DNA of 64,000 bases, taken from the NCBI GenBank assembly GCA_050575255.1, contig JBNZDD010013510.1, positions 124,001-188,000 of the forward strand, read 5' to 3'. Shown piece after piece: positions 1 through 12,136 of this stretch (position 1 is the first letter of the stretch; every line of letters starts with the position of its first letter). The notes below the pieces were generated by a model. It was given only the letters and a program-made list of their open reading frames with translations. It was not told the DNA's origin and ran no database searches. Made by a program: the position numbers and the translations under genes. The stretch comes from Harriotta raleighana (taxonomy: Eukaryota).

Positions 1-1897
1 ATTCATAGTCTTTCTGTGCCACCAGCAATGAAAACTTATTTGAAGGAATACCACTATAAACAAAAAGTCCGAGTGCTCAGGTGCAATGAACTGTAGTGGT
101 AACGTGAATCAGCAGAAAACCGATGGCCTACAATAAATTCTAATTTATAAAGTACCATGAACATCACTAATCCATAAAGAAATTAGTTAGTATTTGTTTT
201 AAATAGAAGTTTACTGGCACAGTATTTTGATAAGATACCTTTTATGGACTGTTTACTTTAACATTATTCTCTATTGTATTCAAACATTCCCACTTGATTT
301 CCTTTCTTTACACCAGTGCATTTAAAACTGCTGTACTGTACAAAATATTGATTTGACTTTTTCTCATGACACTCAGCTCTTATGATTTTACCTTAAAAAG
401 GTCTTTGTCATTTCATCCATCTGAAATCCAAGTGTATTGAGTTCGATCTCAAGACTAAACATTTCTAAAGCCAATTCAAAACATCAAAGAATGTATAACC
501 ACAATTTTATTTGCACTGTTTTTATACTTTTCCAAATGTATTAATCTATAATTTGTAGAGCTCGACAAGTGTAACAAAATACAATATGAATGTAACCTGG
601 GTTATTACACTGTAACTTTCCAATTCATTTTACATGAGTAAAAACTAACAAAATGCTATTGTTTGAAGTCTGTTTTATACAATAATGCAGTTTAGAAATG
701 TATTCTTAACTTTCTAATAACAAATCTAACAATTTAATGTCAACTGATCTCAAAAGAGATAACCAAAGGTTAATCAAAGGTTCATTAGAAATCAAGCCAG
801 AGAATGACAAAAAGACCAATCAGGACCTAAAGAGTGTACATGTGAGCAGCAGAATACTGACCAAATAAAACTTAAAACACATGTGAAAGGATGCAACTGA
901 ACAGAAAGAAATGGAACTGAAGTCTAAATTAGAATATTTAAAGCAAGACAGTAAACAGCTGGAAAGTAGAGGGAATCTTTAAAGAGTTAAAAGTAAGAGG
1001 GTTTCATTTTTACTTTGGTCAGGTGGGGGGCTGACACAGAAATGTATCACGATAGTATTCAAACCAGACAAAATTTACATAATGTCAAATTTAATAATTC
1101 CTTTACAAGAAGTTAATTAATAATTTAATAAGTATATTCTATATTCACTTTGCTTAAAGGGTTGTTTGAAATCACATGAGACTTTTGTCTCTGCAGAGTA
1201 CAATAAACGTGATATATGCTTCCGAATTTAACATTGGAATTTGTGGCAATATGTAACTGGATTGCTCAATAAGCAACAATGACAATAAGGGAATGACATC
1301 ATGCTGACTCATGAAAATCCACCTTGGAACATAGACGCTAAAGTCACGCTCACTTACTTCCAATTTTCTTATTAAAGAACCAAGTGAGAAATTGCCACAT
1401 TCTGGATGCCATTAAAATTTTAGGAAGATTTCATTGTTTAAATACAGCATCCTTGTGTTTAATCAAAAATGTTATGTAACACCCGGATTGAAAACAAACT
1501 ACCAACTGACTAATGGAATACACCATGGAAGGCTTACAAAGAGTGTGAGGGGCTGACTCCCAAGTGCTTAAATCAAGTTCTTGTTCAGAATCATTCTGTT
1601 TTTGGAGGCAATCTACGCTTAACTGCCGCATACCACTCTTGTAAACAAAAGTGCATTACAGGGTGTACTAAATGGATGGTTGTGCTGAAGTAATGCTACC
1701 GTCTCTAATAAAAAAAACATTGTAACTAACTCAAGTTTGAAGAATTCCATCATTGCATCACCACCACCACACCCACCCTAACCCCACATAGAATTATACA
1801 GAAGTCTTTGGTGTAACTTCTAAGATGCAGAGATACACATTTTTCTATTTTCAACATATAAAAAAAGCCCTGACTCAAGCATTTTTAGCATTCATCC

Positions 1898-2080
1898 AAC
1901 AACAACAATAAAATTACATTTGTATAGCACCTTTCACGTTGGGAGGACGTCCCTTAGGCGCTGGATAAAGTGCTTCAGATCTGAGATGGGCATGAGATCT
2001 GGGAGGGTGGAGGAAAGTGAGGGGAAGGGAGGTGACCAATGGAACCATTGAAGAGATGTGTCGAGGCAGATAGGGAGCGG
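1898..2080 (-). mobile_element. L2-type LINE 3' fragment
   Basis: caacaacaac tail and GGACGTCC hairpin shared with the other L2 ends. Confidence 0.65.
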
Positions 2081-2931
2081 GTGAGGCAGGGATTGCGGAA
2101 TTGAATTACAGAGGTTGGCGACAGCGTGGCTGGGAGTGAAAATCAGCACAGTAGTAAATGTATGCAGAGTGAGACAATCTGACTTGATCAAGTTTGCTGT
2201 TGGCTAACTGTCTGGTTCTGCTTATTACAGATATGGAGAATTACTTTTAATAATTAAGGCAAGGGCTCAGTTATGAAAATGGCTTTGTATGAAGGTGGAA
2301 GCTTTTGGATGGTCTTGGGGTTGGATTATACAGTATTGTTTCCTGTATAGTATTTTCTAAATAATATCCAAAGGATTAAATATTATAGATAAAATATAAT
2401 TGTGGTCGAGAAATATAGAAAGCAAACGATACAAAATGTAAATTATAATTAACCAATCTCAGTAGTATATATATTTGAAAAAATAATCCAATCTCAGAAG
2501 TCTTTCATCATAAAATGCATTTGCAGAGAAGTTAATGTTCTTCACTGATACTCCAGTTGTCCTTGTGTTGGGTGAATGATCTATTAATAACATTATGAGA
2601 ACTTCCCGGTATTGCCTAATGAACAGTATGTCTCCTTGCTAAGTGAATGTGACATGTGAACGTCAGTGTTTAGGGAAATTCCCATATTAATGAATTTCAC
2701 TTTGATCCGCTGTTCCAATCACTCAGAAATAAAGTTGATTTAAGCTATTAAATAATGCAGCTGTGTTAGTGCACCCTAACTGTGAAACATAATGAAATAA
2801 GAACACTTAAGAATCATTCTAAATCGTTATAGAATACATTTTGCAAGAGATTAATTTTCTGACGGCTTTTAGAGCTGAAAGAGTGATGTTGCTTGATCTG
2901 TAAGTGTAATTACTCCATGAATACTGTATAT

Positions 2932-3711
2932 TGTTGGGATATGGAGGTATTACAATTAATTATAGTTAGTTCCAATTAGGCACCAATTAAAACAATCTAT
3001 CCACAACACAGGCATGCTCAGCAACCTTCAACAAAGGGGAGAAAAGAACTGAACAAAGGTGCAAAGGAATGTAGTGTGGAGGGGGCTTCAGGCTAGAAAG
3101 AAGGTATAACTAGACACAGCGTTTGGGAAATTGCCAAGTGAGTAGCAGGAGCACCATCTCAAGGTTTGGGAAAAGAAGAGGCGAACAACTCCCTACAAAC
3201 CTAGCTTTTTAATTGTCCGGTGTTGATATCGCTTCTGGACAATGTCCAAGTGATCAACTGGCTGAGTAAGTTATGATGACGCTGGTGGAGAAGTATAAAG
3301 AGAGGAGAGAAAGAGTGGCTCATTACAACAGTTGAGGAGTGTCTCAGGGTAAACCAAGATCTCCAGCTTGCCACTGTTGTCCAGAACTACTGGAACGGGT
3401 CATAATTCCAGTTGTTCTATTTTAAGTCAGGCAAGGGTCAGTTAGAGAAAGGAATACAGTGTGTTGGGGTAGAGAGTTAGAGAAAGGGTAGAGCAGAGAT
3501 AGGAACAGAGAGGGTGAGTATTGTGGGAAGCCTGAACCTGACTTATGGTATACCAGCTTGTATCCAGCTTTAACTGGTGGTATGTTTTATTTCTCTTTCA
3601 CTCCATTTGAATCATTTGTGTATCTCTTAAACCATGCTAATTGTAATAAAATCATATACACCTTTACCAAGACTTGTTAGGTCCTGACTCTCGGGATCTG
3701 AAATCCCAACA
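2932..3711 (+). mobile_element. solo LTR (ERV- or Gypsy-type)
   Basis: TG...CA termini with 9-bp inverted repeat TGTTGGGAT/ATCCCAACA; ATAT duplicated on both sides (2928-2931, 3712-3715); TATAAA at 3294-3299; AATAAA at 3645-3650. Confidence 0.85.
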
Positions 3712-4390
3712 ATATTCCATTAGAAATATCCTACCATATATTCCACAGTAACCCCAGTTCTTAACATTCTACAAGCAGTAGCATTATTAGGCATTGGATC
3801 GAGATCAGAAGAAAAGTGGACAGTTTAGAATGAATTACAATTGACACTTATGTGAAAGGGGATAGAATAAGATTGGGACACCAACGTCTATTGGGAATTG
3901 GATAGCTTCTTGGTAACGGAAATAGATTATAGTGGTAGATTGGCTTTTCACTGCAGAACATTTCCGAGGTTATTTCCAATGGGATATCCTATCATCACAA
4001 GCAGATCAAACCACTTCACGCTTCCATCTTTAAAAGCGTGCAGACAATTAACCTCAGATTGGCTTGTTGGTAAAGGAAACAGATTGTAGTATGGCAGATT
4101 AGGTTTCTTGGTAAAGGAAGTAGATTGTAGTTCTGTAGAATGTACAGTAGATTGGGGGGTAAGAGAGAGACTTGTGCATATGACTTTTTTAAAATCTTTG
4201 GGACTGGTCAGATGTACTTGATAGTCTTTCCCATTTATGTTTCTAGATTCACTCACAATTATTGAAAAGATTGCATTAGTGTAACTAATTTACTGCATAT
4301 GTGGGAGCATCTATTATTTGCTCTAGCTGATTGTTTGTAATGATTGAAAGACTTATGCTGAAAATCTAGTTAAGACTGAATTGTGCATTT

Positions 4391-4402
4391 GCCATCTAGT
4401 GG
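4391..4402 (-). promoter_or_regulatory. CTCF-like motif
   Basis: CCACTAGATGGC on the minus strand; similar motifs at 22233-22244 (-), 63564-63575 (-) and 16361-16374 (+). Confidence 0.45.
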
Positions 4403-4530
4403 GCAATGCAAGTCACTAAAGGTACAATGAGAGTTTCTATTTGAGACTTGTTTTTAAACTAAATGTAAATTGAAAGATTTACTTTATTGAGTGCAGGGAG
4501 CAGAGTAATCCCCCAGGTTCTTTCAAAATG

Positions 4531-4562
4531 TTACAAGGAACGTAGGGAGAAACACCATAGGC
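4531..4562 (-). CDS. candidate terminal exon of the OST-alpha-like gene
   Basis: Strong acceptor tttttttcttcttcctcccctcag, phase-compatible (C)LWCFSLRSL then TAA, AATAAA at 4483-4488. Confidence 0.4.
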
Positions 4563-5251
4563 CTGAGGGGAGGAAGAAGAAAAAAATCATAGATTTTGAG
4601 ATCACTGCTGGAATATGAACCTGTGAGGATGCCTCATATTCTGGTGAGAACAAAATCGAGTTCAGTTGAACCCTGCTGCTGAAATAGTCTGCCAACACTC
4701 GCCCTCAAGGCTCGCACATAAAAAAAATATGAACAGCAGAGGGGCAGAGCTTGGAGAAGAATATGCCAGCAAGACAGGATAGGAGGAAATAAAACTGGAG
4801 AGAAAACTAAAATGAAAATGGAACACAAGCTGTGTGTACTAATATTGCTGTGTGAACATTTGCTCTCAGTTATTGCTGAAATTAATATTCTTCAGAAATC
4901 AAAATTAAGGGTTTAATTGATTGAATGTGATTCGTTGTGTTCATGAAAGTATTGAAAGCAATGGACAATTGCTGCAATAAGTACAGTCCACCAATTGTAA
5001 CAAAGAATGATACCCATTTAATATGAATGACATGATTATAGTGTACTACAATGCACCAACATACATAATACACAAGATAATTCTAACATTAATTCACATG
5101 TGGAAACTTTCTATATCACAATATAATCTGATCTGGTTATTTATCCATTTTTACATACACATATCTTTTGGTTACATTCACATATGTTCTGATAGGCTCT
5201 CACACCACTCTATCAATGAGCAAATGTCACTTAAGAGTAAATATTGATTAG

Positions 5252-5372
5252 GACATAAGAATTAGGAGCAGGAGTAGGCCATTCGGCCCTTCGAGCCTGC
5301 CCCGCGATTCAATAAGATCATGGTTGATCTATTCTTATTCCACCTACACGCCTTATCCCTGAATCCCTTTAG
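5252..5372 (-). mobile_element. CR1-type LINE 3' end
   Basis: Reverse complement ...ggctcgaagggccgaatggcctactcctgctcctaattcttatg, typical of shark CR1 tails. Confidence 0.75.
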
Positions 5373-6315
5373 ATTTCAGTCTGAATGTCAAGTTAAAATC
5401 ATCAATATTATAACTTGGTCTTGATACCCTGCGTGAAGTACGCTATATAAATGCAAGTTATTGCTTGTTATATAACAACGGTATGATCACCAATTAGCAT
5501 TGTGTCACTGGTCCCTTCATAGCACATGCACACTAAAAGCAGACAAGCTCCATCAGCACACATCATCCTTCAAATTATGATATAGAGCGTCAAAATGAGT
5601 CATTGAGGATCGTGCTGTCACACTTCACCTCAAAATATGTCGAAGAGCGATGAGTACCCTTTGAAGATCAACAATGCTATTTGAAATATTCTGACTGGTA
5701 ATGGAGCCAGATATTTTGGGAAGCAATTCTTAGGGTCCACACTCAAATCACACTTTTGGCATTGGTTTGCTTACGCAACTGACAATCAATAAGCAGCAGA
5801 GATCATTCAGCAGTGAGGCTTGCTGGAAACATACATTCAATGAAAGATATCCAGTTTGAAAAGTGAATTTACAGGCTATTGGAAAAGTTGAATCAGAGGC
5901 AAAACGTTCGGCCTTTCCGTTCGATGTTCAATTTGGTACATATGGTAGCTACAAAATAACTAAAATCATTTATAAAAATGTTAGCATATCAGAGAGTCCC
6001 ATTTCCTCTTCGCATCCCATTATTCAGCAGGACTGCTTGATTCAAAGCTCTCAACAGGAATGTGGGGGTGAAAACATACTCAAACTGGTGACGAGCAAGC
6101 AAAATAGACTGTGAGGTATCAGAGAAGGTACAGTAATTGGAAAATCACACCTCACAGAATTTCATGCCATAAAGCATAGATTTTTTTTTGCTGTTTAGCT
6201 CAATCACTGCTTAAAAAGGCAAATGCTGTTTTTTTCAAGGAATATTGTGAAGTGGGTTTTCAAAATACAGTGGAGTGGATTCTGGCAACCTTTGGTGATA
6301 ATACTTTCTACTTAC

Positions 6316-6432
6316 AAGGAGTAGCACAAACATTTCCAGAATCTTTGCATGGTGATCTATTTCTGTAGAGAAATGATAAGCGAGTTATTGGAAAGCAAAT
6401 GATAACAAAAAATAATACCAATCTCAAAATAT
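6316..6432 (-). CDS. OST-alpha-like exon 7 (last TM and YR motif)
   Basis: (H)ILRLVLFFVIICFPITRLSFLYRNRSPCKDSGNVCATP; gtaagt donor, or read-through to TAG at 6308-6310; acceptor choice uncertain (second AG 7 nt upstream). Confidence 0.65.
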
Positions 6433-7294
6433 CTGATTACTGCGTCAATAGTAGATCGCAATAAACATAGTAATTAAACAAACCGACATGGATGAGATTA
6501 TCATCACAATGTAGAATTAGCAACAATTTGTATAGCGTTTTTCTTATTCAGTGAGAGGACATCTCAATGTGCTTCACTCAACTGAAAGGGGATAATAAAT
6601 GAACATTGTAGGAATGATTGCCTGGAATTATTGGAACAGGAATAGTTGGGTGGAGAATATTTATCACATTTATAGAAGTGGTGCTGAATACAATGCCAGC
6701 AATATAGGGCCTGTAGGGAGGTGCCAAGATAAACAACATCCTACATATTTCCTGTTAACTAAGAATGGAATATTTCAGCCTCATCATCTTAAAATACCCT
6801 GCCGGCCTTCACTGTTCAGGTTCACACCAAGAATGAATGGCGAGTAAATTTGAACAACCAAAGCACCACAACAAAGCTTAATCCTGTCTTTATCTGACAT
6901 CTGCATGTGCAAATATACTAGCAAGGATCAATTGATAACAGCTATGGGCAGAACCACTCCATGACTCTTGGGTTATAGGGTTTTTCAACTTCCTCCTACC
7001 AACCGGTTGAGATCAGCCAATTCAGCACAGCTGGGGGGAGAATTTAGCTTTAAACTTGCTCTGTTTGGCTCATATTAGTTATGCTTTTTATCCAGCTAGC
7101 TACAAATCTATATCTAAGTACAACACTGCTTAACAATATTTCAGAAGACAATCCTTATTCAATATTACAATTAGGTGGCACTTGTCCATCCTGCTGAAAT
7201 CTAGAAGCAAATTCTAACTATTGTATTTTGCTGCATACAAAGGACAATCTGATGTCTGTACTGAGAAAGTTGATGTTGCTACTTTGATACTTAC

Positions 7295-7550
7295 GCAACG
7301 CTCTGTTTTTGGAGGAATATAGGGGCACGCAAGGAATGACATTGTAAGTCGCAAGATTGCTCAGTATCAGTGGCTGCAGATTGCAAAGAAGGATGTAGAC
7401 AATGATAATTGCATATTTAGCCACAAGATGATATCCTGTTTCTGCGATGCCAATGGCTGCTTTCAGCAACAAGTTGAATGCATACAAGGATAATAAAGCA
7501 GACACATTCAGCAGGATCTTGATGTACAGCAAGGGATCCATTGTGTGTAC
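7295..7550 (-). CDS. OST-alpha-like exon 6
   Basis: VHTMDPLLYIKILLNVSALLSLYAFNLLLKAAIGIAETGYHLVAKYAIIIVYILLCNLQPLILSNLATYNVIPCVPLYSSKNRAL; I-x-C-x-P-x-YS motif; 256 nt. Confidence 0.9.
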
Positions 7551-8224
7551 CTGGAAAAGGAAGTTTCATTTATTAATATAGCTCAATCTTAAATTTCAGG
7601 CCTTGAGGGCCACTTCAGAATTATCATACAACCTATTTTCATTTATATACATATTTTATTGTACAACATACAATATATTAATTCTCAGTGCCTTGGGACA
7701 TCCTCCCGACATGAAAGGCACCCTTTTAATATAATTTTGTAGTTGTTGTTCAGGGAAGTACAATATATTTTTCTAGAATATATTGTATTTCAGTAAACTG
7801 ATTTAAATAAAGCATAGTACTGTACATTTTGGTGTTTCTAAACTACACCATCAGTGAGAATATACAAAACCAAATGTTTTACTAAATATGAAATACATCA
7901 AATATAAAGCATTTTAAGAATTTAATTTAAACTTGAAAGAATACTAATGATATATATTTTTCCAAAGTTGCATTTTATTCCAGGACCAAGTTCAGGTATT
8001 CGAGGATCCAGTGGAATTTTAGATAATCATTAAGATTAGATTGTCAATTTTAGCGTAGATTAATAATTCCGTCAGCACTCGGAGGTTATAAAACACAATG
8101 TAAACTTAATTTTGCTGAAGCTGGCAAAAATAAATCTGTTGATAAAAATGAACCCTTTCGTGAATGAAATGAATTGCCTGAATTCTTGGACATGGAAAAA
8201 AAAACGCAGACCGAATTCAGTTAC

Positions 8225-8336
8225 CTGTCCATTATTATATTCACCATCGGCCCATAGGATGGTAGAGATGAACTGGAGTAAAGGCTGCAGGGTCAATGCT
8301 TGCAAGATGCCAATTCGAAGGATTGAGTAAGCTTTT
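8225..8336 (-). CDS. OST-alpha-like exon 5
   Basis: KAYSILRIGILQALTLQPLLQFISTILWADGEYNNGQ; cag/gtaact; 112 nt. Confidence 0.9.
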
Positions 8337-9416
8337 CTGTGGAACACATATCCCAAATAACGTCAATTATCAGAATGACATTTCTGGATTTACTTTCTAA
8401 AGTATCTCACACAACCCACATTTCCTCCTTTATGTGTGGCATAGTTTCAGTCATCTTTATTTAATTCATTGCTGATAGAGTGGATTATCAGACATTGTGT
8501 AGCAAAAACACTCCTTGCTTTTTATATAATGCTTTTCACATCAGGAGGATATCCTAAAGTGAATAGATTCAATAGCTTGAATAGATTTACCTAAACGAGG
8601 CATAACTATGAGGCTTAAAAAAAATTTAATCAGGAGGATTTTTAGCCAGGGTAGAAGAAACTATCTTCTCTTTTTATTCAGCGCCACAGAATGTTTAACA
8701 TCCAGTTGAATGTTATTCCATGTGAAGGGTGCTATATAATTGCATTTTGTTGTTGATTAAGCAGAAGGGACCCTGGATTAAGTCTTTGCTTTGTAAACTA
8801 CAAAACAAGTTAATTCATATAAAACATTAACCATGAACCTGCAAATGTCATATGTAAATAGTGCTTTCTTCAATAGTACATTATTATACTTATTATCTTC
8901 ACTTCAAATGATCCCAATATTTTGTTACTCAGAATGAAATGTGATCCGGATAAATTGCTAATATAGTAAATATATGTTCTCAATTTTTAACCTTATATTT
9001 TATGAGTTTATACTTTTATAATTATTTTACTTGATTGGATTCCTGCATTTAATAAACAAGCACATATTGCATCAAGAAAGACATTTAAGACACCGAGTCT
9101 TAAAATACTGCATGTGAAGCATTTTCATACAATTTATTGCCCACAGACAAGAAAGATCCTGGATCACTTGATATCCAAAGGGAACAGTTTTAGGTAAGAA
9201 TGACAGGACCAGTTTTATTCCTCTCTATACTGTTTTGCTGGTGGCATTTCAACTTATCTGCATCCAAGAGTCCCACACAATGGATGAACTAGGACAATGA
9301 CTGACTAATGGTTCACTGGACATTAACTGAGCGAATAGAAAGCAATAAAGAAAAGCACTATAGCATATATAATAGCTATGTATTCTATTGTTGAAAGATA
9401 TGTGGCAATACTGTAC

Positions 9417-9575
9417 CTGCTTATTTTGACCTTTGGGAGGCAGGTACAACAGCAGCAGCAAGGTCCCAAATTTAATGGTGTATCCACATATTGCAGTTTA
9501 TCAATAGCTTCAGTGACTCCTCCAAGGTAAGCAATAGTGAGGTGGAAGAAACTAAACAAAGATAGACTGGCATAT
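9417..9575 (-). CDS. OST-alpha-like exon 4 (cysteine-rich loop)
   Basis: YASLSLFSFFHLTIAYLGGVTEAIDKLQYVDTPLNLGPCCCCCTCLPKVKIS; GPCCCCCxCLP is the hallmark OST-alpha motif; 159 nt. Confidence 0.93.
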
Positions 9576-9668
9576 CTATGCAGAGAAAGTCAGATTAGAA
9601 TCAAAAATACATCCCTTATCAATGCCAGTCATGCAAAGCATCTTCAATATACAATAAAGTAAGAGTAA

Positions 9669-10020
9669 GTGGAGTCCTGTAGCTCAGTGGTTAGAGCACT
9701 CGCCTCACAAACGAGAGACCTGGGTTTGATTCCCAGCAAAGCGCTTGTGCAAGTTTCCTTACTCCACATGCCTCTGCTCACCGAGCAGTCAGTAGGAACC
9801 CAGTTGTTAGTTGATTGGCGGAACGCTTTTCCGGGGGTATTAATTCCTTTGATTGTTCACTTTAATCCACGAGTGTTTGTGGGACACAGCTGTGCGCAAT
9901 TGTCTGCCATGTTTCACCCACAAACTGGAGTCAATTCACTTTACAGTATATTCTGTGAAGTGAGTCTCAATGACGCGATAAGGCACTAGATGAAATGTAA
10001 GGATTGATATTATTATTATT
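9669..10020 (+). mobile_element. tRNA-derived SINE, variant middle segment
   Basis: Head TAGCTCAGTGGTTAGAGC (A box) with degenerate B box, shared body gtttgtgggacac...gtgcgcaattg, (ATT)n tail. Confidence 0.85.
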
Positions 10021-10031
10021 ACATTACTTAC

Positions 10032-10105
10032 ACTGCACTCACAAAGTCCACCAGGACTCCTGCCCTTGGAACAAACATCCCCAACTGATAAGCGATGGTA
10101 GTAAC
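10032..10105 (-). CDS. OST-alpha-like exon 3
   Basis: VTTIAYQLGMFVPRAGVLVDFVSA; G-x-x-x-PR motif of the OSTa/TMEM184 family; tag/gtaagt; 74 nt. Confidence 0.88.
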
Positions 10106-10576
10106 CTAAGAAAAAAAAAGAGCAGAATTTTTTTTCCTGAGATTGCTTTATCTCCTGTACTTTGTATTTTTGTGAAGGTTCACAGAACAACACATTTAAG
10201 CAGTATTCGGCTGTGATGAAAATCCAATCAAATACTAACTGAATATCCTGTAAACTATATCAGCAAAGTGCGGGTGGGAGAAAGGAATAGGAAGTGGATA
10301 GGGATAGGAATCCATGCACTAAAACTACTGCTAGTCAACAACCAAAACAGTGTTAGATACAGTGTTAGATACAGCTTGGCAAGAGCCAAGGTTTGTGTGT
10401 GTGTGAGAGGTGTGTGTTAGGGTACTGTTGGAATACTAATAGCCCATAGCTTGCAATTGAGAACATAGCCTGGCAAGCCTTCCTATCTGTTAGGTCTTTG
10501 GCTCAACAAATGCACTGACCGAGAACGTACATCACATAATGAGGTCTGAAATGTATCTTGATGGTTAAATTGCAAC

Positions 10577-10887
10577 AATAATAATCCTTGCATTTGATAT
10601 TGCGCTTTTCACATCGTCTCAAAGCGCTTCACAGAATATACTGTAAAGTAAATTAACTGTATAGATGTGGGTGGAATGCGCCAGCCAATTGCGCACAGCA
10701 GTGTCCCACAAACAGTCATGGATTGAGTGAGTCAATTATTCTAGTTTTTTTTGAGGGGATGGATTATTATTAGGCGTGTGGAGTAAGGAAACTTTCCCAA
10801 GGTTTCGCCCTGACCTGCCTGGATTCGAAACACAGGTCTGACGCTTGTAAGGCGAGTGCTCTAACCACCGAGCTATAGGAGCTCCAC
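10577..10887 (-). mobile_element. tRNA-derived SINE, full length
   Basis: Reverse complement of the same head, body and tail. Confidence 0.88.
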
Positions 10888-10901
10888 AATACAATACTTA
10901 C

Positions 10902-11056
10902 AGGAAATAAGGCCAGGACCACCATAGTTTTCTCCTTGATTAAAGTATTCATGACATTGTTGTTTACATATATCCATAGCTCTACGAAGATGCAATAATT
11001 GGCAATCGCGACAGCATTGAGTAAAACCATGATAGCGATTCCAGCAGGTGTGAGGC
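10902..11056 (-). CDS. OST-alpha-like exon 2 (TM1)
   Basis: LTPAGIAIMVLLNAVAIANYCIFVELWIYVNNNVMNTLIKEKTMVVLALFP; tag/gtaagt; 155 nt. Confidence 0.85.
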
Positions 11057-11929
11057 CTAGAGTAAGAAAGGAATAAAAAGATACCAAATTGCTCTCAGTG
11101 TTATTTGAATTTCCATGAAAAGTGGAAGATTAAGCTGGCATGATCAGCACATTGATATTTAATACAGTAGTTAAGGGAATACAAAGGTAACAGTTTGTGA
11201 TAAGGATTTCACTGGGCCAGTATCTGCATGCCTGCGTGTATCAATTGCATGTCATTTATTTCAGGAATTATACCACATTTCTATGCAACGGATGCCATCC
11301 CTCTTCCCAGCCGGCCTTTCTCCCTCAGGCTTTAAGTGGTAATTTACAGACAGCACTGGAATCTCTGGAATGCTTTCGTTATCTGTTCCAGTGAAATCAG
11401 TTTCCAAGCGGTTTTTAAACTGGTGCAGCCCAGACGACGCAAAGTTCATCGAAGGGCACCCGCCTTTTTACAAACAGCACCCACAGCTCAGACGTGTCAT
11501 ACACTCAAGCTGGGGCTTCTGGACAGCCTTCAGTAGCAGTGGTAGGAGACAATCTGAGCCAACCCGCAATATAAAAGTCCCATCGTTTGGGGGTGCTCAT
11601 CATTTCTCGCTGGCTTGCTGACTCCTTTGTCTTTATTTTCTGCTATCCCCGACTGGTTGCGACAGTATTATTAACTGTGAGCTCCCATCACATCATGCTC
11701 GGCTGTGGAATGTTGGCAGAATATTAATCCCCTTTCACTGCTACAATTCCACGCGTCTGACTTTCAGATACGACTTGTAGAGATGAAAGAAATTGTACAA
11801 ATGTGATTTATTGTAGTTGTTGTGGTGGTTGTAGCATACCCCCCCGGTTTGCCTTGAAGACAAGACTTCGCAGAAACCTTTGGGGCTTCTTTGCCCCGTC
11901 AAGTTTCGCTAAACCTCAAATATATAACC

Positions 11930-12136
11930 CCACTTCCATGACTGTTTTGTGGGACACCGCTGTGCGCAATTTAGCTGCCGCGTTTCGCCCGCAAATATAG
12001 AGTCAATTTTCCTACTTTCCTTTCCCCGACCCCTCCCACCCTGCTCTGATCCCTACTTGATTGTTCAGCGCCTTGGGACGTCCTCCCGACGTGAAAGGCG
12101 CTATATAAATGTCATTATTGATTCATTGATTGATTG
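11930..12136 (+). mobile_element. SINE 3' half with the alternative L2-type tail ending in (TTGA)n
   Basis: Shared body, C-rich linker, then cagcgccttgggacgtcctcccgacgtgaaaggcgctatataaatg; related copies at 12437-12597 (-) and about 57165-57320 (+). Confidence 0.75.

Noticed and set aside
1431-1705. Further terminal exon of the transporter gene
   Set aside because: The acceptor near 1705 gives an immediate stop in the required phase and the ORF has no recognisable homology
9669-9745. tRNA genes at SINE heads (also 18661, 53450, 63695)
   Set aside because: A/B boxes run directly into the SINE body and tail; no complete cloverleaf
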